Position numbers and translations under genes: made by a program. Source: Patescibacteria group bacterium (GTDB lineage: Bacteria; Patescibacteriota; Patescibacteriia; UBA11705; JABHMO01). From it: a stretch of DNA of 64,000 nt. The stretch is from positions 2,053 through 66,052 of the forward strand of contig JAHIRY010000047.1 in the NCBI GenBank assembly GCA_018818405.1. Reading direction: 5' to 3'. Of this stretch, positions 27,057 through 37,433 are shown in pieces. Below the pieces are notes generated by a model. That model saw nothing but the letters and a program-made list of their open reading frames with translations, was not told where the DNA came from and searched no databases. The first letter of the stretch is position 1; each line of letters opens with the position of its first letter.

Positions 27057-28445
27057 ATGAAGTACATAATAGTTAAAAATATAAACAAAAATAATTTAAG
27101 GAATTTTTCCGTGAAAATTCCTTTGCAAAAATTGGTTGCCGTTGTAGGGCTGAGCGGGAGCGGAAAATCAACTTTGGTGAACGAAGTTTTGTATAAAAAT
27201 TCTTTAAAAAACGAATGGAATATAAAAAATTTGCCGCGAACGGTCGACATACTGGAACAAAAAGTTATTCTTCCGAAAAATTCAAAAATGAGCTTGGGCG
27301 AATTTAATTTAAACAAACTGAAAACAAAATTATCCGGCATGCAAAAAAACGATTTGTTGGTTGTCGATGAACCTTGCGCGGGATTTTGCAAAAAAGAACG
27401 AGAGATGATTTTGAAATTGCTGAAAGATAAAGTCAAAAAAGGTTATTCGATAATCGCGGTCGAACACAACAAGGAAATTATTACCAATGCGGATTATGTG
27501 ATAGAGCTTGGTCCGGGTTCAGGGCGATATGGAGGAAAATTAATTTTTGAAGGAAGTATCGCTGAATTCAAAAAATCCGGCACAGTCACCGCCAAACATG
27601 TTTTTAAAATAACCGAGAATAACCGGCCGCAAGAAGATTTGAGGAATTGCAAGAAAATCGCAATTTCAAAAATATCCGCCGGTAATTTTAAGAATTATAC
27701 TTTCAGTTTTCCGCTCAAAAAAATCGTTTGCATAACCGGATGTTCAGGCGCTGGGAAATCAACTTTATTGGATGTTGCTTACAGTGCTTTATTCAAAGGT
27801 AAGAACGCTTGGAACATAAAATTGAAAACGGTCAGTGTTAAAGGAAAAGAAAATGTGCGGCGGTCATTTATTGTGCCGCAATCTCCGATCGGGACTCATC
27901 CGTCGAGCACGCTCGCGACATATGCGAAAGTTTGGGACAATATCAGAGATATTTTTTCAAAGGAAAAAATGTCAAAGCGATTGGGTCTGACAAAATCCGA
28001 TTTTATTATTTCAAAAAATATTTTGGAGGCGAAAAGCGATTTTTCAAAAGATGCTTTGAGAGTTCGCTTTCAGGGAAAAAATATCAAAGATGTTATGAAT
28101 TTTACGATTGATGAAGCACTGGAAATATTCGGAAGAGACGCTTTGATAGTACGAAAATTAAAATTTTTGCAAGAAGCTGGATTGAGTTATTTGGTGCTTG
28201 GGCAAAAATCGAATTCTTTGAGCGGCGGAGAAGCCCAGCGGGTGCGAATCGCAAAAATACTTTCAAAAAAGTTGGGTGATAGATCGGTTTATATTTTTGA
28301 TACGCCTTCCAGGGGATTGCATTTGATGGATATTCCGGTTTTGATAAATATTTTCAGAAGAATCGTTGAAAAGAATAATACGATATTAATTGCAGACAAT
28401 AGAGAAGAAATATTTGATTATTGCGATTATAAAATAAATCTGTAG
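27057..28445 (+). CDS. UvrA-like tandem ABC ATPase, half-size and lacking the UvrA insertion and zinc-finger domains
   Basis: Two Walker A sites (GLSGSGKSTL and GCSGAGKSTL) and an ABC signature LSGGEAQRVRIAK. 462 aa versus about 940 aa for UvrA. Confidence 0.6.
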   Translation: MKYIIVKNINKNNLRNFSVKIPLQKLVAVVGLSGSGKSTLVNEVLYKNSLKNEWNIKNLPRTVDILEQKVILPKNSKMSLGEFNLNKLKTKLSGMQKNDLLVVDEPCAGFCKKEREMILKLLKDKVKKGYSIIAVEHNKEIITNADYVIELGPGSGRYGGKLIFEGSIAEFKKSGTVTAKHVFKITENNRPQEDLRNCKKIAISKISAGNFKNYTFSFPLKKIVCITGCSGAGKSTLLDVAYSALFKGKNAWNIKLKTVSVKGKENVRRSFIVPQSPIGTHPSSTLATYAKVWDNIRDIFSKEKMSKRLGLTKSDFIISKNILEAKSDFSKDALRVRFQGKNIKDVMNFTIDEALEIFGRDALIVRKLKFLQEAGLSYLVLGQKSNSLSGGEAQRVRIAKILSKKLGDRSVYIFDTPSRGLHLMDIPVLINIFRRIVEKNNTILIADNREEIFDYCDYKINL

Positions 28446-28621
28446 TTCCCGCCTTTCGTAAGGTGCGAGCAAAGAAATGTTTTGCAGTAAAATGCAAACA
28501 GCGGAGTTGCGTTTTACCGGACGATTGTAGCGCTTGCTGAATTCAAAAAATCATTGTGGTTTCATTGATAAATATAAACTGGGCGGTTGTTAATTGCTAA
28601 TTATTAAATTGAAAATATAAT

Positions 28622-30442
28622 ATGACTTCAAAAGAACTTCGCGAAAAATATTTGGAATTTTTCAAGGGAAAAGAACACGCGGTGATCGCGTCCGCTTCTT
28701 TGATTCCCGAGAATGATCCGACGGTTTTGTTTACCACTGCCGGAATGCATCCGCTCGTTCCTTATCTGCTCGGAGAAAAACATCCGGCCGGAAAAAGACT
28801 GGTTGATTTTCAGAAATGCATTCGCACCGGCGATATTGACGAAGTGGGCGATGATTGGCATCTGACTTTTTTTGAAATGCTGGGGAATTGGAGTTTGAAT
28901 GATTATTGGAAGAGAGAATCGCTGGGCTGGAGTTTGGAATTTCTGACATCCGAAAGATGGTTGAATATTTTGAAAGAAAAATTGGCTGTTTCGGTTTTCG
29001 CGGGCGACAGCGACGCGCCGTTTGATCAGGAGTCGTATGACATTTGGAAAGATTTGGGAATTCCCGAAGAAAAAATTTACAAATACGAAAAATCGGAAAA
29101 TTGGTGGGGGCCGGCCGGACAGACCGGACCGTGCGGTCCTGATTCGGAAATTTTTTACATTACAGACAAAGAACCTTGCGGATCCGATTGCCAGCCGAGC
29201 TGTTCTTGCGGTCGATACGTGGAAATTTGGAACAATGTTTTCATGGAATATTACAAAGATGAAAATGGAATTTTTCAAAAAGCGGATCAGCGCAATGTTG
29301 ATACGGGAATGGGACTCGAGCGAACGGTCGCGATATTGAATAAATTGCCGGATATTTATTCTTGTCCGCACATTGAGCCGATTGTCGAGGAAGTGAATGT
29401 TTTGCGCGATTACAAAAATTTGGGAATGGAAGGCGTTTTGGGAAATGACATGTACGGGAAAAAAGATTCCGTTGATTATGAAAAAAATAAAAAAGCGATT
29501 CGCGTGATTGTCGATCATATTCGAGCCGCGACTTTTATTCTCGGCGATGAGCGGGGAATCGAGCCGTCAAATGTTGATCAAGGTTATGTTTTGCGGCGTT
29601 TGATCCGCCGTGCCGTTCGATTCGGCAGACAGCTGGGAATTCAAGGCGTTTTCACTTTTAAAATCGCTGAAGTTGTCATCAGAATAATGGGAGAAACTTA
29701 TCCGGAATTGCAGAAGAATAAAGATTTTATTGTTAATCAATTGGTGCAGGAAGAAGAAAAGTTCGCGCTTACTTTGGAAAAGGGTTTGAAAGAATTTCAA
29801 AAAATGTCCGCTGATAATTTGATTTCCGGCAAAGAAGCGTTTATTTTGTTTTCCACTTACGGATTCCCGTTTGAAATGACTGCGGAATTGGCAAAGGAAA
29901 AAGGCGTTGAAATCAATAAACAAGAATTTGACGAAGAATTCAAAAAACATCAGGAGCTTTCCCGCGCCGGAGCTGAGCAAAAGTTCAAAGGCGGTTTGGC
30001 TGATGCTTCGGAACAAACTTGCAAGTTGCACACCGCGACTCATCTTTTGCAGTCCGCATTGAAAAAAGTTTTGGGCGAACATGTACAGCAAAAAGGAAGC
30101 AATATTACGGTTGAAAGATTGCGATTTGATTTTACTCATCCGGAAAAAATGTCAGACGAACAGTTGAAACAAGTTGAAAATTTGGTGAACGATTGGATTC
30201 GGCAGAATGTGGAAGTCAAATGCGAAGAATTGCCGTATGAAACCGCGAAAGAGCGCGGAGCAACAGGACTTTTTACCGACAAATACGGCGAAGTTGTAAA
30301 AGTTTATTCCATCGGCGATGTTTCCTGCGAAATGTGCGGCGGACCGCACGCGACAAGAACCGGAGAACTCGGCCATTTCAGAATTATCAAGGAAGAAGCA
30401 ATTTCCGCCGGAGTGCGAAGAATCAAGGCGGTTCTTGAATAA
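28622..30442 (+). CDS. alaS: Alanine--tRNA ligase, lacking the C-terminal C-Ala domain
   Basis: Class II core FTTAGM, WGPxG region, editing-domain HTATHLL...CGGPH, 606 aa. Confidence 0.85.
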   Translation: MTSKELREKYLEFFKGKEHAVIASASLIPENDPTVLFTTAGMHPLVPYLLGEKHPAGKRLVDFQKCIRTGDIDEVGDDWHLTFFEMLGNWSLNDYWKRESLGWSLEFLTSERWLNILKEKLAVSVFAGDSDAPFDQESYDIWKDLGIPEEKIYKYEKSENWWGPAGQTGPCGPDSEIFYITDKEPCGSDCQPSCSCGRYVEIWNNVFMEYYKDENGIFQKADQRNVDTGMGLERTVAILNKLPDIYSCPHIEPIVEEVNVLRDYKNLGMEGVLGNDMYGKKDSVDYEKNKKAIRVIVDHIRAATFILGDERGIEPSNVDQGYVLRRLIRRAVRFGRQLGIQGVFTFKIAEVVIRIMGETYPELQKNKDFIVNQLVQEEEKFALTLEKGLKEFQKMSADNLISGKEAFILFSTYGFPFEMTAELAKEKGVEINKQEFDEEFKKHQELSRAGAEQKFKGGLADASEQTCKLHTATHLLQSALKKVLGEHVQQKGSNITVERLRFDFTHPEKMSDEQLKQVENLVNDWIRQNVEVKCEELPYETAKERGATGLFTDKYGEVVKVYSIGDVSCEMCGGPHATRTGELGHFRIIKEEAISAGVRRIKAVLE

Positions 30443-30457
30443 TAAATTTTTACGAGT

Positions 30458-30991
30458 ATGCGCGGTAATAATTTCGCTTATATTGATGGAAATAATTTAT
30501 ATAAAGGCGTAAAAAATTGCGGTTGGAGCATTGATTTTGCAAGATTTAGAAAATGGTTGGCAGATAAGTTTCATGTTGAGCGGGCATATTATTTCATTGG
30601 CATGATTTCCAAAGAAAAAGATTTATATGTTGCTTTGCAAAAAGCCGGTTTTACTTTAATTTTCAAGGAAGTGGTTTACGACGGACTGGGCAAACCAAAA
30701 GGCAATTGCGATGCGGATTTAGTATTGCAGTCGGTAATTGATGCCTTTGAAAATAATTGCGAAAATCAGATTTTGGTTTCCAGTGACGGCGATTATTCCG
30801 GATTGGCAAAATTTTTACATTCGAAAAATAAATTGAGAGGAATTTTGTCGCCGAGCAATTCTGACCGATGCTCAATTTTGTTGAAGAGATTAAATGTTCC
30901 GATTATTTTTTTGAATGATGTGAGAAAAAAAGTTCGTTTAAAAGAAAAAGCCCCCGTTAAGGACGAAACCTTAAAAGGGTCTTTTTCGTAG
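30458..30991 (+). CDS. NYN-domain (LabA-like) predicted ribonuclease
   Basis: IDGNNLY, GNCDADLV and SSDGDYSGL match the NYN/PIN-like acidic motifs. Confidence 0.65.
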   Translation: MRGNNFAYIDGNNLYKGVKNCGWSIDFARFRKWLADKFHVERAYYFIGMISKEKDLYVALQKAGFTLIFKEVVYDGLGKPKGNCDADLVLQSVIDAFENNCENQILVSSDGDYSGLAKFLHSKNKLRGILSPSNSDRCSILLKRLNVPIIFLNDVRKKVRLKEKAPVKDETLKGSFS

Positions 30992-31105
30992 TGATTATGT
31001 TAATATTATAATAGATGAGAATTATTTTGTCAAATTCAATTTATTAAGAGTATTTTTCATTACGAGTAATTTGAGTGAGGATTTATTTTGAAATAATAAA
31101 ATCAT

Positions 31106-31351
31106 ATGACGCAAAAATGTTTAAAATGCAGAGCGCCGATCAGCGGATTTCTCGGGAAGATCGCTCGGCTGGCCGGAGTGAAGCCGTCGGAGACAAAGCC
31201 GGGCTATTGCAACAAATGCGAAAATGAAGCGCCGGAAGTTTCAGCTCAGCCGCAGAATCCGCAAGCGCTTGAAAGTTCCGGAGCGATTGAATCCATTGCA
31301 AAACCCGCTCCGTTGGATTTGTTTGAAGAAGAACAAAAGAAAACGGAATAA
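31106..31351 (+). CDS. Small zinc-ribbon protein (CxxC...CxxC), hypothetical
   Basis: CLKC...CNKC pairs. The terminator hairpin gaaagaagcttctttc plus T-run follows at about 31366..31395. Confidence 0.4.
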   Translation: MTQKCLKCRAPISGFLGKIARLAGVKPSETKPGYCNKCENEAPEVSAQPQNPQALESSGAIESIAKPAPLDLFEEEQKKTE

Positions 31352-31447
31352 TGGCGATTGAAAGAAGCTGATGCAAAGCTTCTTTTTTTCTCAATCTTTT
31401 GCTAATATAATGAAAGTTATAAATAATTTTGTAATTCAAATTCGTTT

Positions 31448-34009
31448 ATGCCGGAATTCACTCCCATGCAACGGCAATACAATGAAATAAAAGAAAAACA
31501 TCCGCAAGAAATTTTAATGTTTCGCTTGGGCGATTTTTATGAAATGTTCGGCGATGACGCGAAACAAGCTTCGAGCATTTTAAATATTGTTCTGACAGCC
31601 AGGCACAAAGGTTCTGAAAATGAAATGCCGATGTGCGGCGTCCCGCATCATGCGCTTGATAATTATTTGGTGAAATTGCTGAACGCGGGAAAGCGTGTGG
31701 CCATTTGTGAACAATTCGGCGATCCGTCTTTGCCCGGAATTGTGAAGCGGCAAGTGGCGCGCATTGTGACGCCCGGAACAACGCTCAATGATTCAGTCTT
31801 GAACAATAAAAAAAATAATTTTATTATCAGTTTGTTTTTGCAAAAAGATATTTGGGGATTGGCGCTGGCTGATCTGACCACCGGTGAATTCAAAGTGGCG
31901 GAAATTTCTGATTTGAATATATTGAAAAATGAAATTTTTCGTTTTCAAATTTCCGAGGCGATCGCGCCGAGTTCGCTGGGAAATGATGAGCGGCATCGGG
32001 ATTTTATCAATTCTTTGAATAATGTGAATTTTTTTCAATTGCAGCCGTATGAAAATGCTTGTCATGGTTTGACTGAACATTTTAAAATGAAAAATTTGCA
32101 GAGTTTTGGCATTGAAAATTTAAAAGCCGGAATCGAAGCCGCCGGAGCGTTGTTTGGATATTTGAAAGAAACTCAAAAAACGAATTTGGAACATATTACG
32201 AAAATCAGCCGTTACAATTTTGCGGATTTTATGGCATTGGACGAATCAACCATTCGCAATTTGGAACTTTTTCAAAATTCTTCCACCGGCGAATACAACG
32301 GCAGTTTTATTTCTATTATTGATAAAACCGTTACCGGACTCGGAGGAAGAAGATTGCGCCGCTGGCTCATGCTTCCGCTGGTAAATTCCGAGGAAATCAA
32401 TGCGCGGCTTTCCGCTGTCGCCGAAATAATTGAAGATCATTCGTTGATGAAAAATTTGAGCGAAGAATTGTCGCAAACGGCTGATCTCGAACGGCTGATG
32501 GGAAGAATCGGCTGCGGTCGAGCGACTGCGCGGGATTTGGTCGCTTTGAAAAACAGTTTGAATTTAATTCCGAAAATAAAAAATTTATTGAAAGAAAAAA
32601 AATCTCAGCTGTTGCGGGATTCTTTGACAGCGCTGGATGAATCGCCTGAATTGTTGAGATTGTTGGAGCAAGTTTTCGTCGATGAACCGCCGGCAAGCAT
32701 TCTCGAAGGAGGAATGATAAAAGACGGATACAATCCGGCGCTCGATGACTTGCGAACAATCGCGCGCGGCGGAAAAGATTGGCTGGCGAAATTCCAATCG
32801 CAAGAAATCGAACGAACCGGAATTTCTTCGTTGAAAGTTCGTTTTAACAGCGTTTTCGGATATTACATTGAAATCAGCAAAGCGAATTTGTCTCAGGTCC
32901 CGGCTGAATATTCCCGACGGCAAACATTGGTCAATGCCGAACGTTTCATTACTCCGGAATTAAAAGAATATGAAGATAAAATTTTGGGCGCTGAGGAAAA
33001 AATTTTCGCGTTGGAGCGTCAGATATTTTTGGAAACAGTGGAAAAGACTGTGAAACATTTTGAGAAAATTCAAATGTCAGCCGATGCGATTGCCGATCTG
33101 GATGTTTTTTTGAATTTCGCTCGCGTTTCTCTGGAAAATAATTATGTTTGTCCGACGGTGACTGACGGCGGAGAGCTTGCGATAAAAAATGGACGACATC
33201 CGGTAATTGAAAAATTTCAAAAAGAAAGATATGTGTCCAATGATTTGAAAATGGATCATAAAAAAAACGAATTGCTTTTGCTGACCGGTCCGAACATGAG
33301 CGGCAAGTCGAGTTTTCTCCGGCAAACCGCGTTGATTTGTCTCATGGCGCAGATTGGTTGCAATGTGCCGGCTGATGAAGCTGTTCTTTGCGCGGTTGAC
33401 CGTATTTTCACCAGAGTTGGCGCGTCTGACAATTTGACGCAGGGAGCTTCGACATTTATGGTGGAAATGCAGGAAGCGGCGAATATTCTGAATAATGCGA
33501 CTGAAAAATCATTGATAATTTTGGATGAACTCGGACGAGGCACTTCCACTTATGACGGCGTCAGCATTGCTTGGGCGATAATTGAATATTTGCACAATCA
33601 TTTGAGAGCGAAAACATTGTTCGCCACGCATTACCATGAACTGACGGAAATAATTGATAATTTGGAGCGCGCGGAAAATTATTGCGTGGCGGTGAGCGAG
33701 TCTCGGGGAAATGTGGTTTTTTTGCACAAAATTGTAAAAGGCGCAACTTCCCGGAGTTATGGCATTGAAGTGGCGAAATTGGCCGGATTGCCGCCGGAGA
33801 TTGTTCTCAGGGCAAATAATATTTTGGAAGATTTGGAAAATTCAAAGGAAATAAAGCTGGATAAAAAGGCGGAACAAGGAGCTTTGTTTTTGCCGGTTGA
33901 TAACAAGAAGGAAAAGGAATTGGCTGAGGAATTGAAAAAACTGGATATAAATTCATTGACTCCGCTTGAAGCGTTTCAGCGGATAGTTGATTGGAAAGAT
34001 AGATATTGA
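31448..34009 (+). CDS. mutS: DNA mismatch repair protein MutS
   Basis: Mismatch-binding N-terminus, Walker A GPNMSGKSS, HTH and dimerisation C-terminus, 853 aa. Confidence 0.9.
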   Translation: MPEFTPMQRQYNEIKEKHPQEILMFRLGDFYEMFGDDAKQASSILNIVLTARHKGSENEMPMCGVPHHALDNYLVKLLNAGKRVAICEQFGDPSLPGIVKRQVARIVTPGTTLNDSVLNNKKNNFIISLFLQKDIWGLALADLTTGEFKVAEISDLNILKNEIFRFQISEAIAPSSLGNDERHRDFINSLNNVNFFQLQPYENACHGLTEHFKMKNLQSFGIENLKAGIEAAGALFGYLKETQKTNLEHITKISRYNFADFMALDESTIRNLELFQNSSTGEYNGSFISIIDKTVTGLGGRRLRRWLMLPLVNSEEINARLSAVAEIIEDHSLMKNLSEELSQTADLERLMGRIGCGRATARDLVALKNSLNLIPKIKNLLKEKKSQLLRDSLTALDESPELLRLLEQVFVDEPPASILEGGMIKDGYNPALDDLRTIARGGKDWLAKFQSQEIERTGISSLKVRFNSVFGYYIEISKANLSQVPAEYSRRQTLVNAERFITPELKEYEDKILGAEEKIFALERQIFLETVEKTVKHFEKIQMSADAIADLDVFLNFARVSLENNYVCPTVTDGGELAIKNGRHPVIEKFQKERYVSNDLKMDHKKNELLLLTGPNMSGKSSFLRQTALICLMAQIGCNVPADEAVLCAVDRIFTRVGASDNLTQGASTFMVEMQEAANILNNATEKSLIILDELGRGTSTYDGVSIAWAIIEYLHNHLRAKTLFATHYHELTEIIDNLERAENYCVAVSESRGNVVFLHKIVKGATSRSYGIEVAKLAGLPPEIVLRANNILEDLENSKEIKLDKKAEQGALFLPVDNKKEKELAEELKKLDINSLTPLEAFQRIVDWKDRY

Positions 34010-34050
34010 GTGTAATTTTAGCTATTTGTATTCATTTGGTGTTATTGCTC

Positions 34051-34079
34051 TTGACAATAATTAATTTATGTGCTATAAT
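34051..34079 (+). promoter_or_regulatory. Consensus promoter TTGACA-17-TATAAT for the downstream ncRNA
   Basis: ttgacaataattaatttatgtgctataat. Confidence 0.6.
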
Positions 34080-34085
34080 TGTTTT

Positions 34086-34520
34086 ACAAGTTCGTTGATA
34101 ATAAAAAAAAGTGGTTTGGCTCCACCGTAAGGCTTCTCTCCCAGTCCCTGTATTCTTACATGGGCGCTGGATAAGAGATGGCCATGATAACGTGATTCTG
34201 AAGGTCGCATACCTGTCACCTGGCTTTTGCGGGTGACGGGTTGAGAGCGGCAATTGAGGAACGCGGAAAGTCGAGGTCTGGTCAACCTCGGCGATGGTTG
34301 CAAATCGCACCATTCAAAAGTCACCATACTGGCACGCGGAGTTTAGCTTCGCCAGGTATGGCGTTCGGCTGGTGGGATTTAAAATCTTATCAGCTGGCGA
34401 GTAAGTTGCCATCGAGCAACAATCGACAAGCGGGGCTTCGCATGTAGCATGTCTGTGAGATGTGCGAAACGAAGACTCCGGCCGGCGCGAATCCACATGG
34501 ATGCGCCGGTTCTTTTTTTG
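34086..34520 (+). ncRNA. Second structured ncRNA candidate, about 430 nt, class unassigned, between mutS and mutL
   Basis: GC-rich island covered only by overlapping short ORFs on both strands. Extended hairpins include accugucacc..ggugacgggu and ccauacugg..[gcggag..cuucgc]..ccagguaugg. The terminator is ccggcgcgaatccacatggatgcgccgg plus T-run. It contains a catgtagcatgt motif shared with the intergenic repeat family. Confidence 0.5.
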
Positions 34521-34571
34521 TTTTAAAAAGATAAATATGTTAAATTATAGCTGTGATAATTTTATTAATTT

Positions 34572-36374
34572 ATGAGCGAATCAAGAATAAATATTTTAGC
34601 TCCGCATCTTGTCAGCCAGATTGCGGCCGGTGAAGTGGTGGAGCGGCCTGCTTCGGTTGTAAAGGAATTGGTGGAAAATTCCATTGATGCCGGAGCAAAG
34701 AATATTGTGATGGAGATTGAAAACGGCGGTTTGAATTTGATTAAAATAGTTGATGATGGAATCGGCATGAATCGGGAGGATGCGGAAAAAAGCATTATTC
34801 AGCACGCTACCAGCAAGCTTTCCAATGAATCGGATTTGTACAAAATTTCCACGCTCGGTTTTCGCGGAGAGGCGTTGGCCAGTATTTCGGCGGTAAGTGA
34901 ATTCGAACTTTTGACCAAGGATGATGAATCGGTTGCCGGAACTTCAATTTCAGTGAAAAGCAATGAAGTTTGCGTGAATGATGCCGGATGCGCGAAGGGA
35001 ACTTCGATCAGCGTGAAAAATTTATTTTATAATATTCCGGCCAGAAAAAAATATTTGAAAACAGCGATCACGGAGTTCAACCATATTGTTGATCTTTTTT
35101 TTAATTATTGTTTGGCTTTTCCCGAGATTTCCTGGAAATTGATGCACAATAATAAAGTAATTTATCATTTTCCGCCGGCAGCGTGGATTCAGCGAATCAA
35201 TGATGTTCTTGGCGAGGAAATTATTAAAAATTTGTTGCAAATCGATTTAAAATTGAACGGCATTGTTATTAACGGCTACATCGGCCGGCCTCAGATCAGC
35301 CGCAACAATCGGAAATTGCAATTTTTATTTATCAACAATCGTCCGGTAAACGAATTTGTCGTTTCAAAACAAATCAAAGACGCTTATTCGACATTGATTT
35401 CAAAAGATTTGTATCCGGTTTATCTGCTGAATTTGGAAATCGATCCGGAAAAAATCGATGTCAATGTTCATCCTCGAAAATTGGAAGTGCGATTTTCCGA
35501 ACCGCAAATCATTTATCGAACAATGTATCAGGTTGTCAGCCGAGTTCTTGATGAAAATGATCTGACAATGAGAATGGAAAGCAATGAAAATAAAACATTT
35601 ATTCCATTGAAAGAAGTTTTGGCGGAGACGCAGGTGAGAATCCCCGTGGTCAGTCGATCAATACCGCCAATATCTTGGTCAAAGCCGGTTGCCGGAAATA
35701 ATCCGTTTGTTCCGAAATCGCAAGTTTATAAGCAACCGGCTGCATTGGATTTTTCGAAAAATTTATTGAAGCAATCGGAAGCCGTTCCTGAAGTTGAATC
35801 CTGTAAAATTTTGGGACAAGCGCAGAATTCATATATTATTGTTGAATTCAAAGAAGGAATTAGAATTTATGATCAGCACGCCTGTTCCGAACGAATCCAA
35901 TATGAGAAGATAAAAAATCAATGGCAGATCGGCAAGCTCGCCAGCCAGAAAAAGTTGTTGCCTGAAACAATCGAATTGACGCCGACCGAAGCGCGATTGA
36001 TCAATGATAATCAAGAAGTATTTGAACGGCTGGGTTATGATGTTTCCGGATTCGGCGGTAATACTTTCGTGATTTCAGCGATTCCGCAGTTTTTAATAAA
36101 TGAGAATCAGAAAGAAGTTATTTTGGAAATAATCGGCAATTTAACAGAATCGGAAATTTTGGAAAATGAAATTGTCGGACCTTTGGACAAAATTTTCAAA
36201 ATGATGTCTTGCAAGAGCGCGATCAAATTCGGCCAGCCGTTGATGCCGTTGGAAATTTCCGCGTTGATTTCTGAAATTGAAAGTCTGCCGAATCATTATA
36301 CTTGCGTTCATGGCCGTCCTTGCGTTATTGAATTTTCGATGAATGAATTGGAGAAAATGTTTAAACGAAAATAA
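34572..36374 (+). CDS. mutL: DNA mismatch repair protein MutL
   Basis: GHKL ATPase N-terminus (AAGEVVERPASVVKELVENSIDA) and the C-terminal dimerisation domain, 600 aa. Confidence 0.9.
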   Translation: MSESRINILAPHLVSQIAAGEVVERPASVVKELVENSIDAGAKNIVMEIENGGLNLIKIVDDGIGMNREDAEKSIIQHATSKLSNESDLYKISTLGFRGEALASISAVSEFELLTKDDESVAGTSISVKSNEVCVNDAGCAKGTSISVKNLFYNIPARKKYLKTAITEFNHIVDLFFNYCLAFPEISWKLMHNNKVIYHFPPAAWIQRINDVLGEEIIKNLLQIDLKLNGIVINGYIGRPQISRNNRKLQFLFINNRPVNEFVVSKQIKDAYSTLISKDLYPVYLLNLEIDPEKIDVNVHPRKLEVRFSEPQIIYRTMYQVVSRVLDENDLTMRMESNENKTFIPLKEVLAETQVRIPVVSRSIPPISWSKPVAGNNPFVPKSQVYKQPAALDFSKNLLKQSEAVPEVESCKILGQAQNSYIIVEFKEGIRIYDQHACSERIQYEKIKNQWQIGKLASQKKLLPETIELTPTEARLINDNQEVFERLGYDVSGFGGNTFVISAIPQFLINENQKEVILEIIGNLTESEILENEIVGPLDKIFKMMSCKSAIKFGQPLMPLEISALISEIESLPNHYTCVHGRPCVIEFSMNELEKMFKRK

Positions 36375-36423
36375 TCAATAAATTAAGACAAAAAAATACA
36401 GTTCCGCCTGTTGACAGCAGTAT

Positions 36424-36452
36424 TTGACAAAAATTCAAGAATTTACTATACT
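36424..36452 (+). promoter_or_regulatory. Promoter TTGACA-17-TATACT upstream of the infA/ribosomal-protein block
   Basis: ttgacaaaaattcaagaatttactatact. A second candidate, ttgacataattataaaaagatatataat, lies near 36562. Confidence 0.45.
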
Positions 36453-36608
36453 TTACTTGATATTAAAAAGATTGATTTGAAACCAAAATTTATCTATTTT
36501 GGGCAAAAATTAGAGTCATTCAAATGTTATGTCAATAAAAACATAAATATATATTTAATGTTGACATAATTATAAAAAGATATATAATTAAGCTACTTTT
36601 TCATTATC

Positions 36609-36824
36609 ATGGGAAAAAATGACATTATAGAAATGAGAGGCCTTGTCGACGAAATGTTGCCGGCCGGCGCCTTTAAAGTGAAACTGGAAAATGGGCATAT
36701 CGTATTGGCTCATTTGTCCGGAAAAATGAGATTAAACAAAATTAGATTGTTGGTGGGGGATAGCGTAAAAGTAGAGCTGACTCCATATGATCTAACTCGC
36801 GGAAGAATAGTCTACCGCTATTAA
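36609..36824 (+). CDS. infA: Translation initiation factor IF-1
   Basis: 71-aa S1-like OB fold with [13 protein letters not shown]. Confidence 0.9.
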   Translation: MGKNDIIEMRGLVDEMLPAGAFKVKLENGHIVLAHLSGKMRLNKIRLLVGDSVKVELTPYDLTRGRIVYRY

Positions 36825-36845
36825 TTTTGCTGAGAATTCAATTTT

Positions 36846-36959
36846 ATGAAAGTAAGATCGTCTGTAAAAAAGATTTGCAAGGATTGCAAGATTGTTCGCC
36901 GAAAGCGAATAGTCAGTGTTATCTGTAAAAATCCCAAACATAAACAAAGACAAGGATAA
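36846..36959 (+). CDS. rpmJ: 50S ribosomal protein L36, not in the ORF track
   Basis: [37 protein letters not shown], 37 aa with a zinc ribbon, between infA and rpsM. Confidence 0.85.
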   Translation: MKVRSSVKKICKDCKIVRRKRIVSVICKNPKHKQRQG

Positions 36960-37003
36960 ATTCAAATTAATTAGTAAAACTGCTATTTTATAGTAAAATT
37001 CGT

Positions 37004-37393
37004 ATGCCTAGACTTGCCGGTGTAAATATACCAAATGAAAAAAGAATAGTTATTTCGTTGACTTATATTTTGGGGATTGGCTCTGCAACCGCTGAAAAAA
37101 TAGTAAAGAAAGCGAATATCGGTTTGAATGTGAGAACAAAAGATTTGTCAGAAGACGAAACTAACAGATTGCGCACCATTGTGGAAAAAGAATATCAGGT
37201 CGAAGGAAATCTTCGGCGTGAAATTTTTGCAAATATAAAAAGATTGAAAGAAATCAAATCTTATCGCGGCATTCGCCATACCAGAAATTTACCGGTACGA
37301 GGTCAGCACACAAAGACAAACAGCCGAACCGTTCGCGGCAATGTGAGACGAACAATGGGCAGCGGCCGCAAGGATATAGGTCAAAAGACATAA
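37004..37393 (+). CDS. rpsM: 30S ribosomal protein S13
   Basis: ARIAGVNIP-type N-terminus, 129 aa. Confidence 0.9.
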   Translation: MPRLAGVNIPNEKRIVISLTYILGIGSATAEKIVKKANIGLNVRTKDLSEDETNRLRTIVEKEYQVEGNLRREIFANIKRLKEIKSYRGIRHTRNLPVRGQHTKTNSRTVRGNVRRTMGSGRKDIGQKT

Positions 37394-37433
37394 TAATTTT
37401 AATATAATGATGAAATTGACTGAAGTTTAATCT

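Noticed and set aside
28628-29518. Long antisense ORFs inside well-supported genes, for example 28628..29518 (-) in alaS, 16010..16669 (-) in pilM, 6715..7239 (-) in lepA, 55458..55868 (-) in ftsI and 40183..40386 (-) in rpsI
   Set aside because: They lie opposite strongly conserved housekeeping CDSs. They have low-complexity, repetitive translations and no start signals. They are typical shadow ORFs.
34032-34496. Overlapping ORFs on both strands (34032..34313 -, 34073..34327 -, 34241..34447 +, 34314..34496 -)
   Set aside because: They are mutually overlapping, have no start context and are GC-rich, with no protein-like composition. The locus is better explained as a structured RNA. The same reasoning applies to 25128..25388 (-) and 25309..25515 (-) over the first ncRNA.
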